Below are positions 24,970 to 38,720 of a stretch of DNA of 64,000 nt, piece by piece. Made by a program: the position numbers and the translations under genes. Where the stretch lies: assembly GCF_006345805.1 (NCBI RefSeq), contig NC_042999.1:137454001-137518000 (forward strand), read 5' to 3'. The DNA comes from Octopus sinensis. Lineage: Eukaryota. The notes below the pieces were generated by a model. That model did no database searches. It saw only the letters and a list, made by a program, of their open reading frames with translations, and was not told the DNA's origin. How positions within the stretch are numbered: position 1 is the stretch's first letter; each line of letters starts with the position of its first letter.

Positions 24970-25270
24970 CTATTCTATCACATATTTTTGCTGAACTGCT
25001 AAGTTATAGAGTCATAAACAAACCAATGCTAGTTGTCAGGTAATAGTGGAGGAGGGGCAAACAAGCACATACAAATATATATACATGCATACATACATAC
25101 ATATGTAAATAATGGACATCTTTCAGTTTCCATCCATCAAATCTACTCACAAGGATCTAGTTGGCCTGGGACTGCAGTAGAAGACATTTGCCCCAGGTGC
25201 CACACAATAGGACTGAGCCTGGAACCATGTGATTGAAAAGCAAACTTCTTACCATACATCTACACTTACG
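24970..25270 (-). mobile_element. tRNA-derived SINE
   Basis: Homologous to 6420-6818. Confidence 0.7.
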
Positions 25271-25568
25271 CCTATATACACACACACACATATATACATA
25301 CACATACACACACACATATATATATATATACACACACACATACACATACATACAAACATTATATATATAAATACACACACACACAAAATCATATGTAGCA
25401 TGCAACTAAATTTTTCATAATTTAAACAGATGCAAATTTTACTATTTTTGTAAGTATTCTTTTTCTGTCTGTAAGAAATTTCCTTTTGTCTGAGTCATAT
25501 TGAAACAGGATCTATATTCAATTATAAATGCTGAGTTTTGTCATAGAATACATATAATCTGAATAATA

Positions 25569-25626
<58 letters not shown>

Positions 25627-26739
25627 TATTATTCATATTATATATATATCTCAGAGTGTAATACCCTTCCCCTGAGCCAAATCTGTAGAGTAATGGAATA
25701 GACTTTAAGAGAAGGGAAGGTCTAGTCTAACGTTCAAATTTCTGTGTTAGTCATTAAATGAGTACATGCTGAGTAAGAATTGTTGATAGTAAATTATTTA
25801 ATCAATACTTATTGACTCATTTGATTGGTCAGTTTGCAAGCTTCTGATTGGCTACTTGAGTGAACTTCCTTAAATTCCACACAATTTAGCTTTTGTTGAG
25901 GGTTGGCAGCCAAATTTCTCACACTTTCATATATAATAATATTTACATACAAAATGTGAATATTAAAAAAAAAATCTTTAAAAAAATATTGTCTTAGAAT
26001 TTCTCGTGAAATCACATCTTGTTTATGCATATATACTTACATAGACATGAACTGACATACCATTAGTTATGTGCAAGGATATATTAAAGAATGTGTTCCT
26101 TAATACAAAAAAGTTATACCTGATCCTGGCTGAATTTCCTTCATTATATGTCTGTCCATCTAGAGTTGACCTAGTAATTAACAATCATATCTGTTTATCT
26201 ATTTCCAGCCAATGGATTTCAATTTGGAGGGGAAAACAAAAATGAAAGCATGTTATTCAGACAGGAATTATTCTAATTTATGCACAAGGCCAGGTATTTT
26301 GAGGGAAGAGTGTTAACCACTATCAGTGACCCCAATTCTTGACTGGGACTTTTATTTCCCCAGTAATTAAGTTATATTTATGTTAACTCCTTATGATGAA
26401 AGTGAACCAAGATGTGAACTCAGAAGGTAAATAGTCACAAGGCATTTTTTCCAACTCTCTACTGATTCAGCCAATTAATCACATTAAGGCTAATCCATTG
26501 CTGAGTAAAGTTATCCATCTTCTTTTCCACAGTGAACACACACACAGAATCTTATAACACACACATACACAAAGTTACTCACACATACACTCAGTCAGAC
26601 ACTTACACATGTACAATTTTTTTTTGTTGATATGCACCACCATGTCTCTGTTTTTGTAAAAACTAGTTACATTCCAAAAAATATTAAACTTTTTTGGCAT
26701 GAACCAGTTTTTATATACGTAATATATACACAATACATA

Positions 26740-27170
26740 TACAGTCTGGCAACAAAGTCATGCACCATGGGAGATATCAAGTATGCTTTATTAGCAATGA
26801 AGTAGGTAGTCCATTACAAATGTTGGCCATGTAGCTCTGAACATGTGGAATTTGAAATTGTAGTGAACCCTCTCAAATAGCTTTTCACTGCCGTTGACTT
26901 GTTCACACACTTCTTTGAAGATGTCCTTGATCACGAATCTTCTCAAAATACACAAAGGATTTAATGTAACCTCAGAAGAAAAGGTCCTTGGAAGTTAAAT
27001 CTGATGACCGTGGTGCCCATTCAATTGGCCTGTGACACCCAAGACATCTCCCTGGAAAATGTTCATTCAGAAGAGGTATCATCTTGTCAAGCATGCCCAG
27101 ATACAAATCACCTGTCACAGAACCTTCAAAATAAAATGGTCCAATTACTTGATTGTGCCAAATCCCATAC
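26740..27170 (-). mobile_element. Tc1/mariner transposase 3' relic with terminal TA
   Basis: Minus strand VIGPFYFEGSVTGDLYLGML...LNEHFPGR...IEWAPRSSDLT..DLFF*GYIKS.VY; ends at tacagtctggcaacaaagtcatgcacc. Confidence 0.75.
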
Positions 27171-28589
27171 CACCTCCCCCCCCCCGGGCCCCCATTATCT
27201 TGCCCCTGCCTTGTTGGTTATCTGCCTCCATCCAATGAGGATTGGTTTGTAATATCAGCAGTTGTGAAGAGATGAAAAAAGAGGATGTTAGCAATTTCAT
27301 ATATTGCAGGATGGTGTGTGACTTTATGGCTACCCTGTATGTTTTAGACATACACATAAAATAAAGTTGTTATAAATAAAAGCACATGTCACTGCCAAAA
27401 CTCTATTTTAATAGCAAGTTAATGAGTGTACTATATACACACAGCCATGTCCATACCATTATCATTTTAACATCCAGTCCATCACGTAGGCATGGGTCAA
27501 ATGGAATTTATCGAGGAAGATTTTCAAAGGTCAGATGCCCTTCCTGTTGCCAAGTTGATGGCACTAAAATAAACATGACCGAGAACTTCATAGCAATGAC
27601 TATTCACTACTACTACTACTGCCACTATCACCACCACTACTATTAATGTTTTATCTCAAATATGTTTGCAATTAAACGCTTTTGTTAACTATCTCATCTC
27701 TGTAGAATAAGTAGCAGGAAGCAACAACTATTCATAAATGTACACAGTAATACATCATAAAAGTTACACATATGACTATACAATTGAGTTTATAAGCAGC
27801 TTAACAACATATGATCAGTAAATTGTATAACACCATAGTCTTCTGATAAAATAAAAATTAAGAACTTCTACTGAATTGTTAACCTGCTCCCAAACAGGCC
27901 TCAAATTACAACACATCTTATTAAAGAATACTTGGGACAATGTAAACCCAGGTAAACAAAAAGATAGGCTAGCCATAGTTTTTATTGGTTTGCTCTGAAA
28001 GGAAGAGACTACACTATACCCATGATCTTCACAAGTCTAGAACTGGAGAGAATGATGTCATTAACATTCCACTTGAACTGTTGCAAGTTTGACAGCTGCC
28101 AGGAGAGCATTGCAGTGAAAGGATTCAAGAGGATCCACATTCTGAAAGATAGTTGGTAGGAAGCACAAAATTGGTGGTGAAAAGTGAGAGAAGTGAATTG
28201 GGAGTGTCTGAGTAACACAAGAGCAGAGTAGTATCTGTAGAAAAAGCTGTGAAAGAAGATGTCTATAGGTCAGAAGTTAAGAGTATTTGTGATTAACTTT
28301 ATGTCACTTGAAGGAATTGGTTTTTTTTTTTTTTTTTTTTTTTTTATTGTTTTTTATGCAGCCTGAGGGGGAAGAGTTGTGTCTGTATGAGCATGTGTAA
28401 CAGTACTAAAGTTCCAGATGTGGAAGTAGTACTCTAAGTTTTTTAAAGGGTTAGCAGTTATTAGAAGATGAAGAATTTTGGGGCTTTCAAGAAAAAAAGC
28501 CTTTCTCTGAGATGCAGTGTTCCCTATATTAAGGATTTGCATTCAACAGAGTGGAGATCCTCAATGACAGCATTTGGAAAAATATTCTT

Positions 28590-28710
28590 TTCTACTCTAG
28601 GCACAAGGCCCAAAATATTTAGGGAGGGGCATGAGTCATATAGATCAATCCCCAGTATGCAACTGGTACTTAATTTATCAACCCCAAAAGGATGAAAGGC
28701 AAAGTCAACT
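28590..28710 (-). mobile_element. tRNA-derived SINE fragment
   Basis: ggcacaaggcc...ggtacttaatttatcaaccccaaaaggatgaaaggcaaagtc. Confidence 0.7.
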
Positions 28711-29618
28711 CCATTTGGAAAAAATATTGAGGGTTCTGATTGTATACTATGCAAGTTTAAGGAGGGTAATTTGCAATAATGGTTTGTTTATTTTTTTGTG
28801 AAAAGATTATATCTCTTTGCTGTTGAAGGAGAAAAGTTTGACAGGACATTATTAGAGGATCATGCTAATTCTGTTCTCTGTTAATGGAGTCAATGCAGAT
28901 TTGTATGAGGTGTGTCAGTTACTGTAAATAATTGAGGCTTGGAAGAGGAACGTTAAGGAAGAATAAAGAGATGTATCATTTGTGTAGGAGTGGGCATTTT
29001 TGGAAATGGCAGTAAGTTACTGGAAAGCCTTTGAGCAACAAATACCACCATGAAGATTAATTCCAAATTAATTAATCATTTTGAATGTTACTATATGACA
29101 AAACAAATATCCTGTTAAGGATTTTAAGACTGAGCTGTCATTTTTGACTCATCAAAGTTATAAGGATATAGCATCAACATTAATATTTTTGAAGCAACAC
29201 TGTTTTAGGTATATTAATATGTTGGCTGAACTGTTCAGCTAAACATGATATCAAATTTACTATTTACAAAATAAAGTCTAAGAAATGAGTGTTAGAGTCA
29301 AAGAGTATTTAAAGCCCACTGGCATGAAGGAATACATTTCCATTATATTCACACAATATTGAAATGAAATGCCTTTGCAGAGAAAATATTGGACTACAAT
29401 TTGCCAGGTCATATTAAATGTTTCCAGTTTATCCAAGTCTGCCAAGTAAGATAATACATCATCTGGAATTCTTTTGCTTTTTGGCAGACAATAATTTGTT
29501 CTATTGAAGGAATCTGGTAGGGGACATAGCCTTGTCCAAAGATATTTTGAATCAAACTATGAGCTATTTAGTGGTTTATAAACTTATCCGGCTGGCTATT
29601 TACCTATCTATCTATTTC

Positions 29619-30371
29619 CAGGGTGGTTGAAAAGTAACTCCCTATTTTAAAAATTTATCAACCATAATTTTTTTCTCAAATTTGTTGTGTGTGTTCTTTA
29701 ACATAAGGGAATTGATTCTATGTTGTTGTTTTTTTTCTTTCAGATTAATTATTTTGGAGTTTGGCTTGGTATGAAGAATGGTCTGATCTCTTTAAAAATA
29801 TCCCCTGGAGTGATGAAGTAGTATTCCACATCGGTGAGTTTGTGAACCATCACAACTGCCACTACTGGGCAGAAGGTGATACTCGTATTACCTCTGAAAA
29901 AGGCAGATTCAGTCCCAGGTATGGAATGACTTTAGACAGGATTGTGGGTCCTTTCATCTTTTGCAATACCTGAAAGCTGAAAGGTACTTCCCCATGCTGC
30001 AAGATGAAATCTGGCCAGTTATCAGTACATGGGAGAATATTGAAGATTTGATTTTTATGCAAGATGGCGCTCCTCCATATTTTGCTATTGTTTGTGAATA
30101 GCTGAATGCCCACTTCCCTTGGTGATGGATGGGTCATCAAGGTCTGCATGATTGGCCAGCCAGAAGCCCTGATTTAACACCCTGTGACTTTTTTCTTTGG
30201 GGTTGGTTAAAGGAGCAAACCAACGACTTTGGAAGAACTCCAGTTGGTGCAGTTCCCAGTTTTAAATAAAACTCTATGCTTTACACTTTCTTCACATATT
30301 CATTTTTTTTCTAAAAGTTATAGTTAATAAATTATAAGTATTTTAAAACAGGGAGTTACTTTTCAATCACC
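29619..30371 (+). mobile_element. Internally deleted Tc1/mariner element with TIRs (DD41D-like)
   Basis: TIRs ggtggttgaaaagtaactccct...agggagttacttttcaatcacc; WSDE, MQDGAPP, WPARSPDLTPCDFFLWG; 40 codons between the last two Asp in this decayed copy. Confidence 0.85.
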
Positions 30372-31139
30372 AAACCCATGCCAACATGGAAAACATGTTA
30401 AATGATAATAATGATTAGTATATATTGTTGGAAGAACGAGTACTATAAGAGAAATTATCTTGCTACTCTGAGTTTTTTTCTGTAGGTAGCCAGGAACTTC
30501 TGGTGAATTATGTAACTTGCCTGAAGATACTGTGCATTCACAGATAGATTTCAAGAGAAGAGACTGACTCAACCAAAATAATATATAGGTGCAATATATA
30601 CAGCTAGAAATGGCAGCCAAAAAATCACCTTAAATCACACCTTACTCTCTTAAAGGAACATCAATTGAGTAATGTAATCCTTGATATATCATGTTCGACA
30701 AAATAAGATGGTTATGATCGGAATGCCTTTGATTTTAGGCTTGCTCGATTAGTATTTAATGGAGGTAACAGTTTTCTGGGATAAAAATTTTTTTTTTAAA
30801 GTTTTTAACCGCAGATTATCTCCGATTGAACAATCTGTAATCAAATGCAATTCAACAGTGACCAATTCATCTTTTTCTTAGAAGTAAGGAATACAGAATG
30901 ACATGCCCTTCGACGGTAGGAAGGGAAATATGGCTGCTGGTTCTAGCAAGGCGAGTGACCATGTAAAAGAGGCTCCCGACTAAATCAGATAAAATGTAAT
31001 TGAGAATCATTCGTTTGTTTAGTTTTTTTTTTTTTTTATTTTCAACAATTAAAATATTGTCTCGATTTTTCATTTTTTCCCCTCTTTCTGTAACCAAAGG
31101 GGGGAAAAAATTAAAGTCCGGACAATATTTTTTTTCCTT

Positions 31140-31500
31140 CACTAACAAATATGAGAACGTAAATAAGAGCGAAGGAGACAAGAGCAATGAGAGAAAGAAA
31201 GGGACTCGAAGAGAGAGAGTGTGGGTGATAACAGGATACCGGTAATATAAAACAATATTGGGTTCCTGCGAACAAGAGATGGAAAGATTACTAACAAGAC
31301 TAGATCGACCAATCAGGCAATTATCGTAAACAATAGGATAAAATGAACACATCATCTCTTGCTGAATTTGAACCACTCTAAATACTACAAAGTATTTAGT
31401 CCAATACTACAAAGTATTTAGTCCCACATTTTACAACTGAAATAATTAAATAAACGGTGGCGGAGTGGCGACAGAGAGAAAGTATCTACTTATTTAAATC
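31140..31500 (-). promoter_or_regulatory. Possible promoter at the left CpG boundary
   Basis: NF-Y-type GACCAATCAG (31307-31316); minus-strand pyrimidine tract with TCT-like CCCTTTCT (31196-31203); unique CpG-rich sequence. Confidence 0.3.
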
Positions 31501-32441
31501 GCAAAATAAAATTTACTTTCCCTTTAAAATAACTGTTGTTCTAGCACACCAAGAACTTTATTATTCCACAATACTATGTGGTTCAATTAAAAAATACATT
31601 TTGAAACAGTCATCAATGTATATATACCGTTGACATTGTGGTTAGTAAAATGACTTTTACGTTTTCAAATGTGATATGGCTTTTGTAAGGAGTGCTAAAA
31701 AGTTATTTACACAACGGTGCGCGACATAGAAAAGGTTAGCTGGGGATCACTACACTAAATAATCCTAATCATCGTTTGACATGCTGGAAATAACAGCCAA
31801 ATTTCCTTCAAAACTTGCCTTCTTGCAGTGGGTCTCAAGTCTTTGGCCCGCTTCACATGCAAAGTTAAAGAGGAAAAAAAATCAACCTTTTTATGTTCAC
31901 AATTATGAGAAACGAATAAGAAATTATTTCCTAACTTATTATATTAAACCTATCTTGCATATAACAAAATTTCAAGATGCTTGAGTATTAATACATATTT
32001 TGAAAAGTCCACGACACGCTTTGATGAATGCAGCTTGCAGGCGCATGGATTCTGAAACGGTGTGCCAGGCAAACAAACCATGCTGCTGACAATAAACTGC
32101 CTCAATAATAATAATAATAATAAAAAAGAAAGAAAGAAAAAAAAAGAAAGAAAAGGGCGTGAGTGTCACGGTCGCATATGAAAACATAAATCAGAGTGAG
32201 GGATACAGGGATGGAGAGACAGAAAGGAAGTCGAAGACAGAAGAAAGATCAATTTGTATCATATGTCTAGTTGATCAGAACTAATATGAGACTAAACGAA
32301 AACTACAATACAAAGTATTAATTGCTGGTAGGGACAGCGTATTTCGTTTTGCAACCATAAAATATACTACTGAGTCAATACCGTGTCCTACTTTTGTGTT
32401 AAACGAAGTGTAACGCAATCACTTTTAAGTTAACTCTACAG

Positions 32442-32776
32442 ATTTTCTATAGAATTCAGGGCCAGCATTGAAAGTTACAATTCGTATACGACTACATCAA
32501 TGTAAACGATGCGATCGAAGATAGAAAAATAAGTAATAGGTGTATATACATATTTCAGGAGTTATTGCTCTTTCTTCAGCATCGCATCCAACCTATTAAA
32601 CTATCCCAAACACAGTTAATGGGTGGGATGTGGTGCTAAAGGAGGAGCAATAACTCCTGAAATATGTATACTCATCCATTACCTATTTTTCAATCTTCGA
32701 TCGCATTGTTTACGTAGACGTATTCGTATATGAAACATCGTAACTTTTAGTGCTGGCTCTAAATTCTAGAGAAAAT
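32442..32776. repeat. Fold-back palindrome (~165-bp arms) carrying two divergent hammerhead motifs
   Basis: Minus strand of left arm CTGAAGA AAGAG-CAATAA-CTCCT GAAA TATGTATA; right arm CTAAAGG AGGAG-CAATAA-CTCCT GAAA TATGTATA. Confidence 0.85.
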
Positions 32777-33149
32777 TTGAGAAAGTAACTTATAAATGAC
32801 AATATAAAATAACAATGAGCGTCTCTACATCAGGTATGGAAAACCACTTCCGAAAAGCGGCCCAGATGAGACAATGGTTCATCATAGGCAGACCAGACCT
32901 CATTACTAAAAAATTCAAAGTAATTTTTCTACCGCGAGTCAGTGTCTTGTGGGTCGGAGTTTGCCCAGGATTGCTTCACACAATCACCCGATCTATTAGA
33001 AATGGCAACCAATTCTCCTTCAAATCACATCCTACTGCTTTCAAAACGAACATTGAATAACGTAGTCTGCGATACATTGTGTCAAAGGCGAGATGATCAT
33101 TGATGGATCAGTGTTAATCAACAACTGAATAATATTTAAAACATTTTCA

Positions 33150-33350
33150 AGGCAGCGAGCAAGCAGAATCGTTAGCACGCCGGGTAAAATACTACGCGGC
33201 ATTTCGTCCTTTCAAATTCTGTCGAGGTCGTCTTTGCCTTTCATCCTTCCAGGGTCGATAAAATAAGTACCAGATGAACAATGAGATCGATGTAATCGAT
33301 TGACCCCCCTCCCCTGAAATTGCTGGCCTTGTACCAAAATTTGACACCAA
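33150..33350 (+). mobile_element. tRNA-derived SINE
   Basis: aaggcagcgagcaagcagaatcgttagcacgccggg...gggtcgataaaataagtaccag. Confidence 0.8.
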
Positions 33351-34177
33351 TATTAAATACATCTTCATATACTAAATAGTTTCATATAACAAATGTTAAA
33401 GTTGCGAAATGGTCATTCATTTGTCATTTCTAAAGAACTAGTTAGACTCACTGCAGTTGTATACCGCTAGATCAATAAGTTTGCAAACAGGAACATATTT
33501 TATCGTAAACAAATCTGACTACATGTTTCAAAGCGAGCGTAACCTCGGAAGTAGTAATTATCCGACCGAAGTGTATACCACAGGCCAAGAGTATCTTGAT
33601 TATATGAAGTTTACAATGTGTGTGTGTTGTTGTTGTGTAGCCACCACCAGCTGTAGCTTAAAACACACAGTGCAATAGGGTTTAGGTGGTGTTACTTTCC
33701 ATGGTTCTTGACCATTACTGTATTTACTATTTAATGCTTTTTGCGACTTTTTGACTATAGGATTTTTGTGAGTGTTTCTTTTTTTTTTTTTTTTTGTCGG
33801 ACGAATGAGAGAATAACTTGAATACTTAAGAAAAAAGCTGTATATATTCACAATTTGTTAAGATAAAAATCCAGTAACTTAATTCTAAGGAATAAACTTG
33901 AAGAATAAGGGAGTAAAGTGAAGAATAAAGAGCAAAGGTCGTTAGAAAAATATAGGCAGGAGAATAATGTTCACAACACCTCTTTTTCAAGAGGATATGG
34001 ATGTTGGTGGATACTTCCATGAAGGTACAGGTCCATAATGTTGTGAACATTATTCTCCAGCCTATATTCTTCTACCTTTACTCTTTATCCTTCTATTTAC
34101 TCCTTCATTCTATTTTATTCCTTATAAACCGAGAATGTTATTCCTTGTAAATTTTCCCTGTCTAAAATATTCATACT

Positions 34178-34262
34178 TTGTCACTGATGACGAAATGCCC
34201 AATGCGTGGACATGCTAACCTACCACTTGAGTTATCCCAGAAACGACTATTTTAAATGACTT
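34178..34262 (+). ncRNA. Decayed hammerhead-like motif
   Basis: GTCA-CTGATGA (34184-34190) ... GAGTTATCCCA-GAAAC (34240-34244) ... TGAC; stem II left strand and cleavage triplet degenerate. Confidence 0.3.
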
Positions 34263-37097
34263 GAAATACTCGCCCTGCCTTGGTTTTTGATTTTTCCTCT
34301 AGCTAAAACGAAACCCTAATACGGATCCTTAGATCCAACATTAGCTGTGATCTTGGAACCTAACGGTCGACCAACTATAGCATTTACCAATTCATTTAGA
34401 TCACAAGTGAACTAAACCCCTCATATTCTATGTGTGTATGTGTGTGTATGTATTATACACATTTACATACACACACGTATTTGGGGAGAGAAAATAAAGA
34501 CATACAGAATATAAAAAAATAAATATTTTAAGCATCTTAATGTTAGAAACATAAATAAACTTTCACAAACTAAACACTGATATAAAAGAGAGAGAGAGAT
34601 GTATATGCTTATATTGTATGTACATAAAAACACGCACTTATAGAGGCAGATACGCACAAGCGTGCATGACCCAAGGTAGCTAGCTGATAGTACAATTCAC
34701 CATCACCACCAACACCACCATCACAATCTCTGTTATTTTTCAGGCAAGCAGGGAAGATCTTTCACAGCTCACACGCACCCTCTTTCTATCCCTCTCTCTA
34801 TTTGTACTTTATAGCTCATCTGAACAACTGAACGTGCAGCTGAACAAACAATTTACAGTCTCAACAATACATGTCTCTTTAACGGTAACACAGCAACCAA
34901 CCAATTATGATCTTCTATATCAATTTACAAATAAAAATCTATATAAAGTATACTCGTCTTCTTCCTAGTGCTGTGTGTGTGTGTGTATGTGTGAAAAGTT
35001 TTAAGGTACAAATTAAACTATACATAGAACATGGGATTAAATCTGTTCTCAAGTCTTGTGTCATTCTTATCAGTGTATGGGCATCGTCCACTGTATTTCA
35101 GATTCCTCCTCGACCATCTTTTAATTTGAGTAGGTTAAATGGCGCATGTTACATAGTCAGACGAATGACCATGTGCCAGGGACTAAGAACCAGCTTGCGC
35201 GCTGTCATGTCGTGATTGTTGTTGACCTATGATGAAAGGCACTCCAATCGTGACCACCTCATCTGTTTGTTATTCAGACGGTAGGTTTTAATTTGAGGGT
35301 GGCTGTTGGCTCTAGAAATTTGAATGTCCAAGGACAAGTCACTCAGTGGAACAATATGTGAGAGTCTGGTGATGTTGTGCAGTCTCCGATTGTCCATTTA
35401 GTTCCTGTTTTCAACCCAAGTCGGCTCTGATCGAATCAATCTCTGATGGAAGGCATCTTGTCTGTTGAACTATAATACTACCCCATGTCTTTTTCTTTTT
35501 AAGATACAAATATGTGATATACGCGAGATCTTGGTTGCTATTTGTAGCCGGTCGAGTGACTGTATAGGCCTCTCTTTTTTTTTTTTAGATGTTACTTTCC
35601 CGGTCTAACGCAATATTTATAGTCTATGTTGTGAAATGCCCAGATCTTGATGAATGAGTTCAGATTAGGGTTAGAGTTAAACAGCACGCTAAAAGTGTAA
35701 ATGTCTCAGTAGACAACACGCTGAAGTGGTGCTTTTTTTTTTCCATTGGACCACCAGTGTGCATATAGATAGCTTTGGGTGGAGGTCAAAGAGGAGGTAA
35801 GCAAAACAGATGGCCTCAGTTAAATCATGGAAGTTATTTTCTGCATCTTACTAATAATATTTAAGCGGAGAAGCTAATAAGGCTAAGATGACTGCATCTG
35901 TTTTTGAGTATCCTTTTATTCTCTTACTGGTATCAGTCAGTTATTGGGCTGCAGCTACGCTGGGATACCGACTTCAAGTGTTTAAACAATATTTACCCCT
36001 GTGCTTATGTCGGACTGGTGTATATTTATCGATAAAATTTATCAAAGCTCTAAGACACTCAACATGAAAGAGTATAACACTGTATATAGTTTCAATTATC
36101 ATTATCATCATTAAAATGTACGGTACTACAGCGTTTATCTTCCTTTTTCTTTTATTACCTCACTTCTCACACTTTTTATGTCCTCCTTACCCTTCCTTTC
36201 CCCTTTATTCTCCCACACTGCCTTTTTCTCACTCATCGATTCTCTTTATCACCTGCTAAATTCCCTCTCTAAGACGTAATGCGTGCACTTTTTCTTGATA
36301 AGCGACTCTGTGAAAGGCCCAAAATTTTCCTCCACTATTATATATATTGATTCCTGAAATTAAATTTTGAGGTCATTAATTTACGCACAGGGTTTTTTTT
36401 TCTTTTTCTTTTTCTTCAAATGTGAATGTAAATAGAAAAAAAACATGTATATTTTTCTAACCGATGCAATATGCATTGTACAATGTTTATTCAGTATCAT
36501 TTTCCATAACACATGTGCAATAATACTTTGTTACGAAAGGAGTTTTATTATTTTTTTTTTCAGAAACTTACTGAACAGAACTAAAAATAATCACAAAAAG
36601 TAAAATGGATTTTAAAACAAAAACAAATTGATTTTTTTTCAAACGAATTAAAATAGATGATTTGGTCCCAAATGTAATTATGACTAGAAATATTTACTAA
36701 AAAAACAACTGAAACACTAGGAATTGTGAAAACAGCAGTGAATAAAGTTTGTGACATAAAATAGTCACACGTTCATGGATATAAATATCACTAAATCATG
36801 CATGTTCTATGTATATACTGTATGTGTTCGCGCGCGCTATGAAATAGCTCCGCTTTTAAAATAAGTTTGTGACTTTGGTTAAAGATTACATTTCGAATAG
36901 AACGATAAATTGCGAAACGTAATTTGTACGAAATGTACTGACATAGGTAGATATTGCATAAATTATACAAGGTATGGGCACTACTGACTTTCTGAAGGTC
37001 CAAACCTCGCTACCACCCAACCCACCCCATTCCATTATTGCCAATATTTCTGCAGAGTCGAAGGGCTTTTATTTCATTAAACTACATTTCAATCTTT

Positions 37098-37176
<79 letters not shown>
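37098..37176. repeat. (TA)n microsatellite
   Basis: Direct reading. Confidence 0.97.
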
Positions 37177-37179
<3 letters not shown>

Positions 37180-38329
37180 GTTTTCATATCGTTTTCCACG
37201 CTAGTTGTATCAGAACGAATATAGTCGAATGCCCTTCCTGTCACTAACCCTTAACAGATATTTTTTTTTTCAAGTGATCTCTTATTTCAATGGCTTCCAC
37301 AGTGAAATGTCACCAAACGATTTGCTGACATTTGTGGCTTGCAATTTTCGGAGAGTTACAAATATAGATACGCTCTTACATGCAGTTGTCTACAAAAATC
37401 ACAAGACTAGTCGGCCAGGGACTATAGTAGGACACACTTGCCCAAGGACTGAACCTGAAACTACGAGATTGGGTACAAAACTTCTCAATTACATATGCTA
37501 TATACATGGAGGAAGCGGGGTTAGTTGGAACGTGGCATGAGCTGAAACACCTCTTTTTCGTAGAACCAAAGGTCCTGGTGAAGACGGTTGCTATCTTTTG
37601 AATGCCTCATACTGCCTTTCAACCATATAATAAACACTTCTGTGTGTTGATTGTTCACAGTAGAATGTAATGGGTATGTAGCAGCAAATAATTTGTTTCA
37701 ATTTCTGCTATGCACACTGTATGTTGACGCTACTACTGTCTGGAGCTAGTTGGGATTTGATGTGAGGGTTAGTTGGAACGCGCTCCAACTAAACCCTCTA
37801 TCACAAGTACACCAACACATGTAGCACTTAAACTCAATAGGACGTCAGCTGCTTGGAATTTGAACGAGTGCCACATATCTTAATATGACTTTCTCTGAAA
37901 AAAAAAAAGAGAAACAGTCTTGGGCGGAGAAAAGAGCAAAGATCGAGTCATTTTCTTAAGAAACAGGAGTTCAGGAATGAGAAGACCTTTCAAATACCGG
38001 CCTGGGAAAATATGTTATGACTTTTCCAGGGAAGGAAAAATATGAACTATTAAATTGCTTGTACTAGTTGATGAAATGAATAAAAATGATGATAACAAAC
38101 AAACCTGTTCTGAGTAAAGACTATGTACACCCCAAATTCACAATAGCAGACGGTACTGAAATATGCACGCATGAACCTGAGTACATTGTATTTATTCTGT
38201 CTGTATTGTTCAACAACGGGAGAGCAAGGTTTCGTCTGTACAAAACTTGTTTCCAGTTAGTTGATCGATCGGTCTACGAGCTAGAATACAAGGACGTGTT
38301 ACGGTCCAAATAAAACTTTATATATATCA

Positions 38330-38720
38330 TCATCATCATTTAACGTCCGTTTTCCATGCTAGCATGGGTTGGACGGTTCGACTGGGATCTGGTAAGCCAT
38401 GGAGGCTGCACCAGGCTCTAGTCTGATTTGGCAGTGACTCTACAGCTGGATGCCCTTCCTAATGCCAACCACTCCGTGAGTGTAGTGGGTGTTTTTTACG
38501 TGCCACCGGCACAGGGACCAGAACAGGCTGGCAAACGGCAACGATCGGTCGGTGCTTTTACGTGTCACCGACACAGACACCAGTCAGGCGGCGCTGGCAT
38601 CTTCCACGTTCGGACGGTGCTTTTTACGTGTCACCGGCACGGGTGTCTTAACTACAATTTCCATTTGAGTTTTATTTTGATGTTGACGTACTTGACTCAA
38701 TAGGTCTCCTCAAGAACAGC
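38330..38720 (-). mobile_element. RTE LINE 3' UTR fragment retaining CpGs
   Basis: catcatcatttaacgtccgttttccatgctagcatggg...ctggatgcccttcctaatgccaacc. Confidence 0.85.

Noticed and set aside
28020-28150. Coding-looking plus-strand stretch (HDLHKSRTGENDVINIPLELLQV*)
   Set aside because: In-frame stop, no splice support, no recognisable motif
30521-30560. CTGAAGA followed by a CTGTG/CACAG hairpin
   Set aside because: GAAA half and stem I absent
30867-31376. 169-aa minus-strand ORF
   Set aside because: Low-complexity composition from poly-A/T and pyrimidine tracts; no domain
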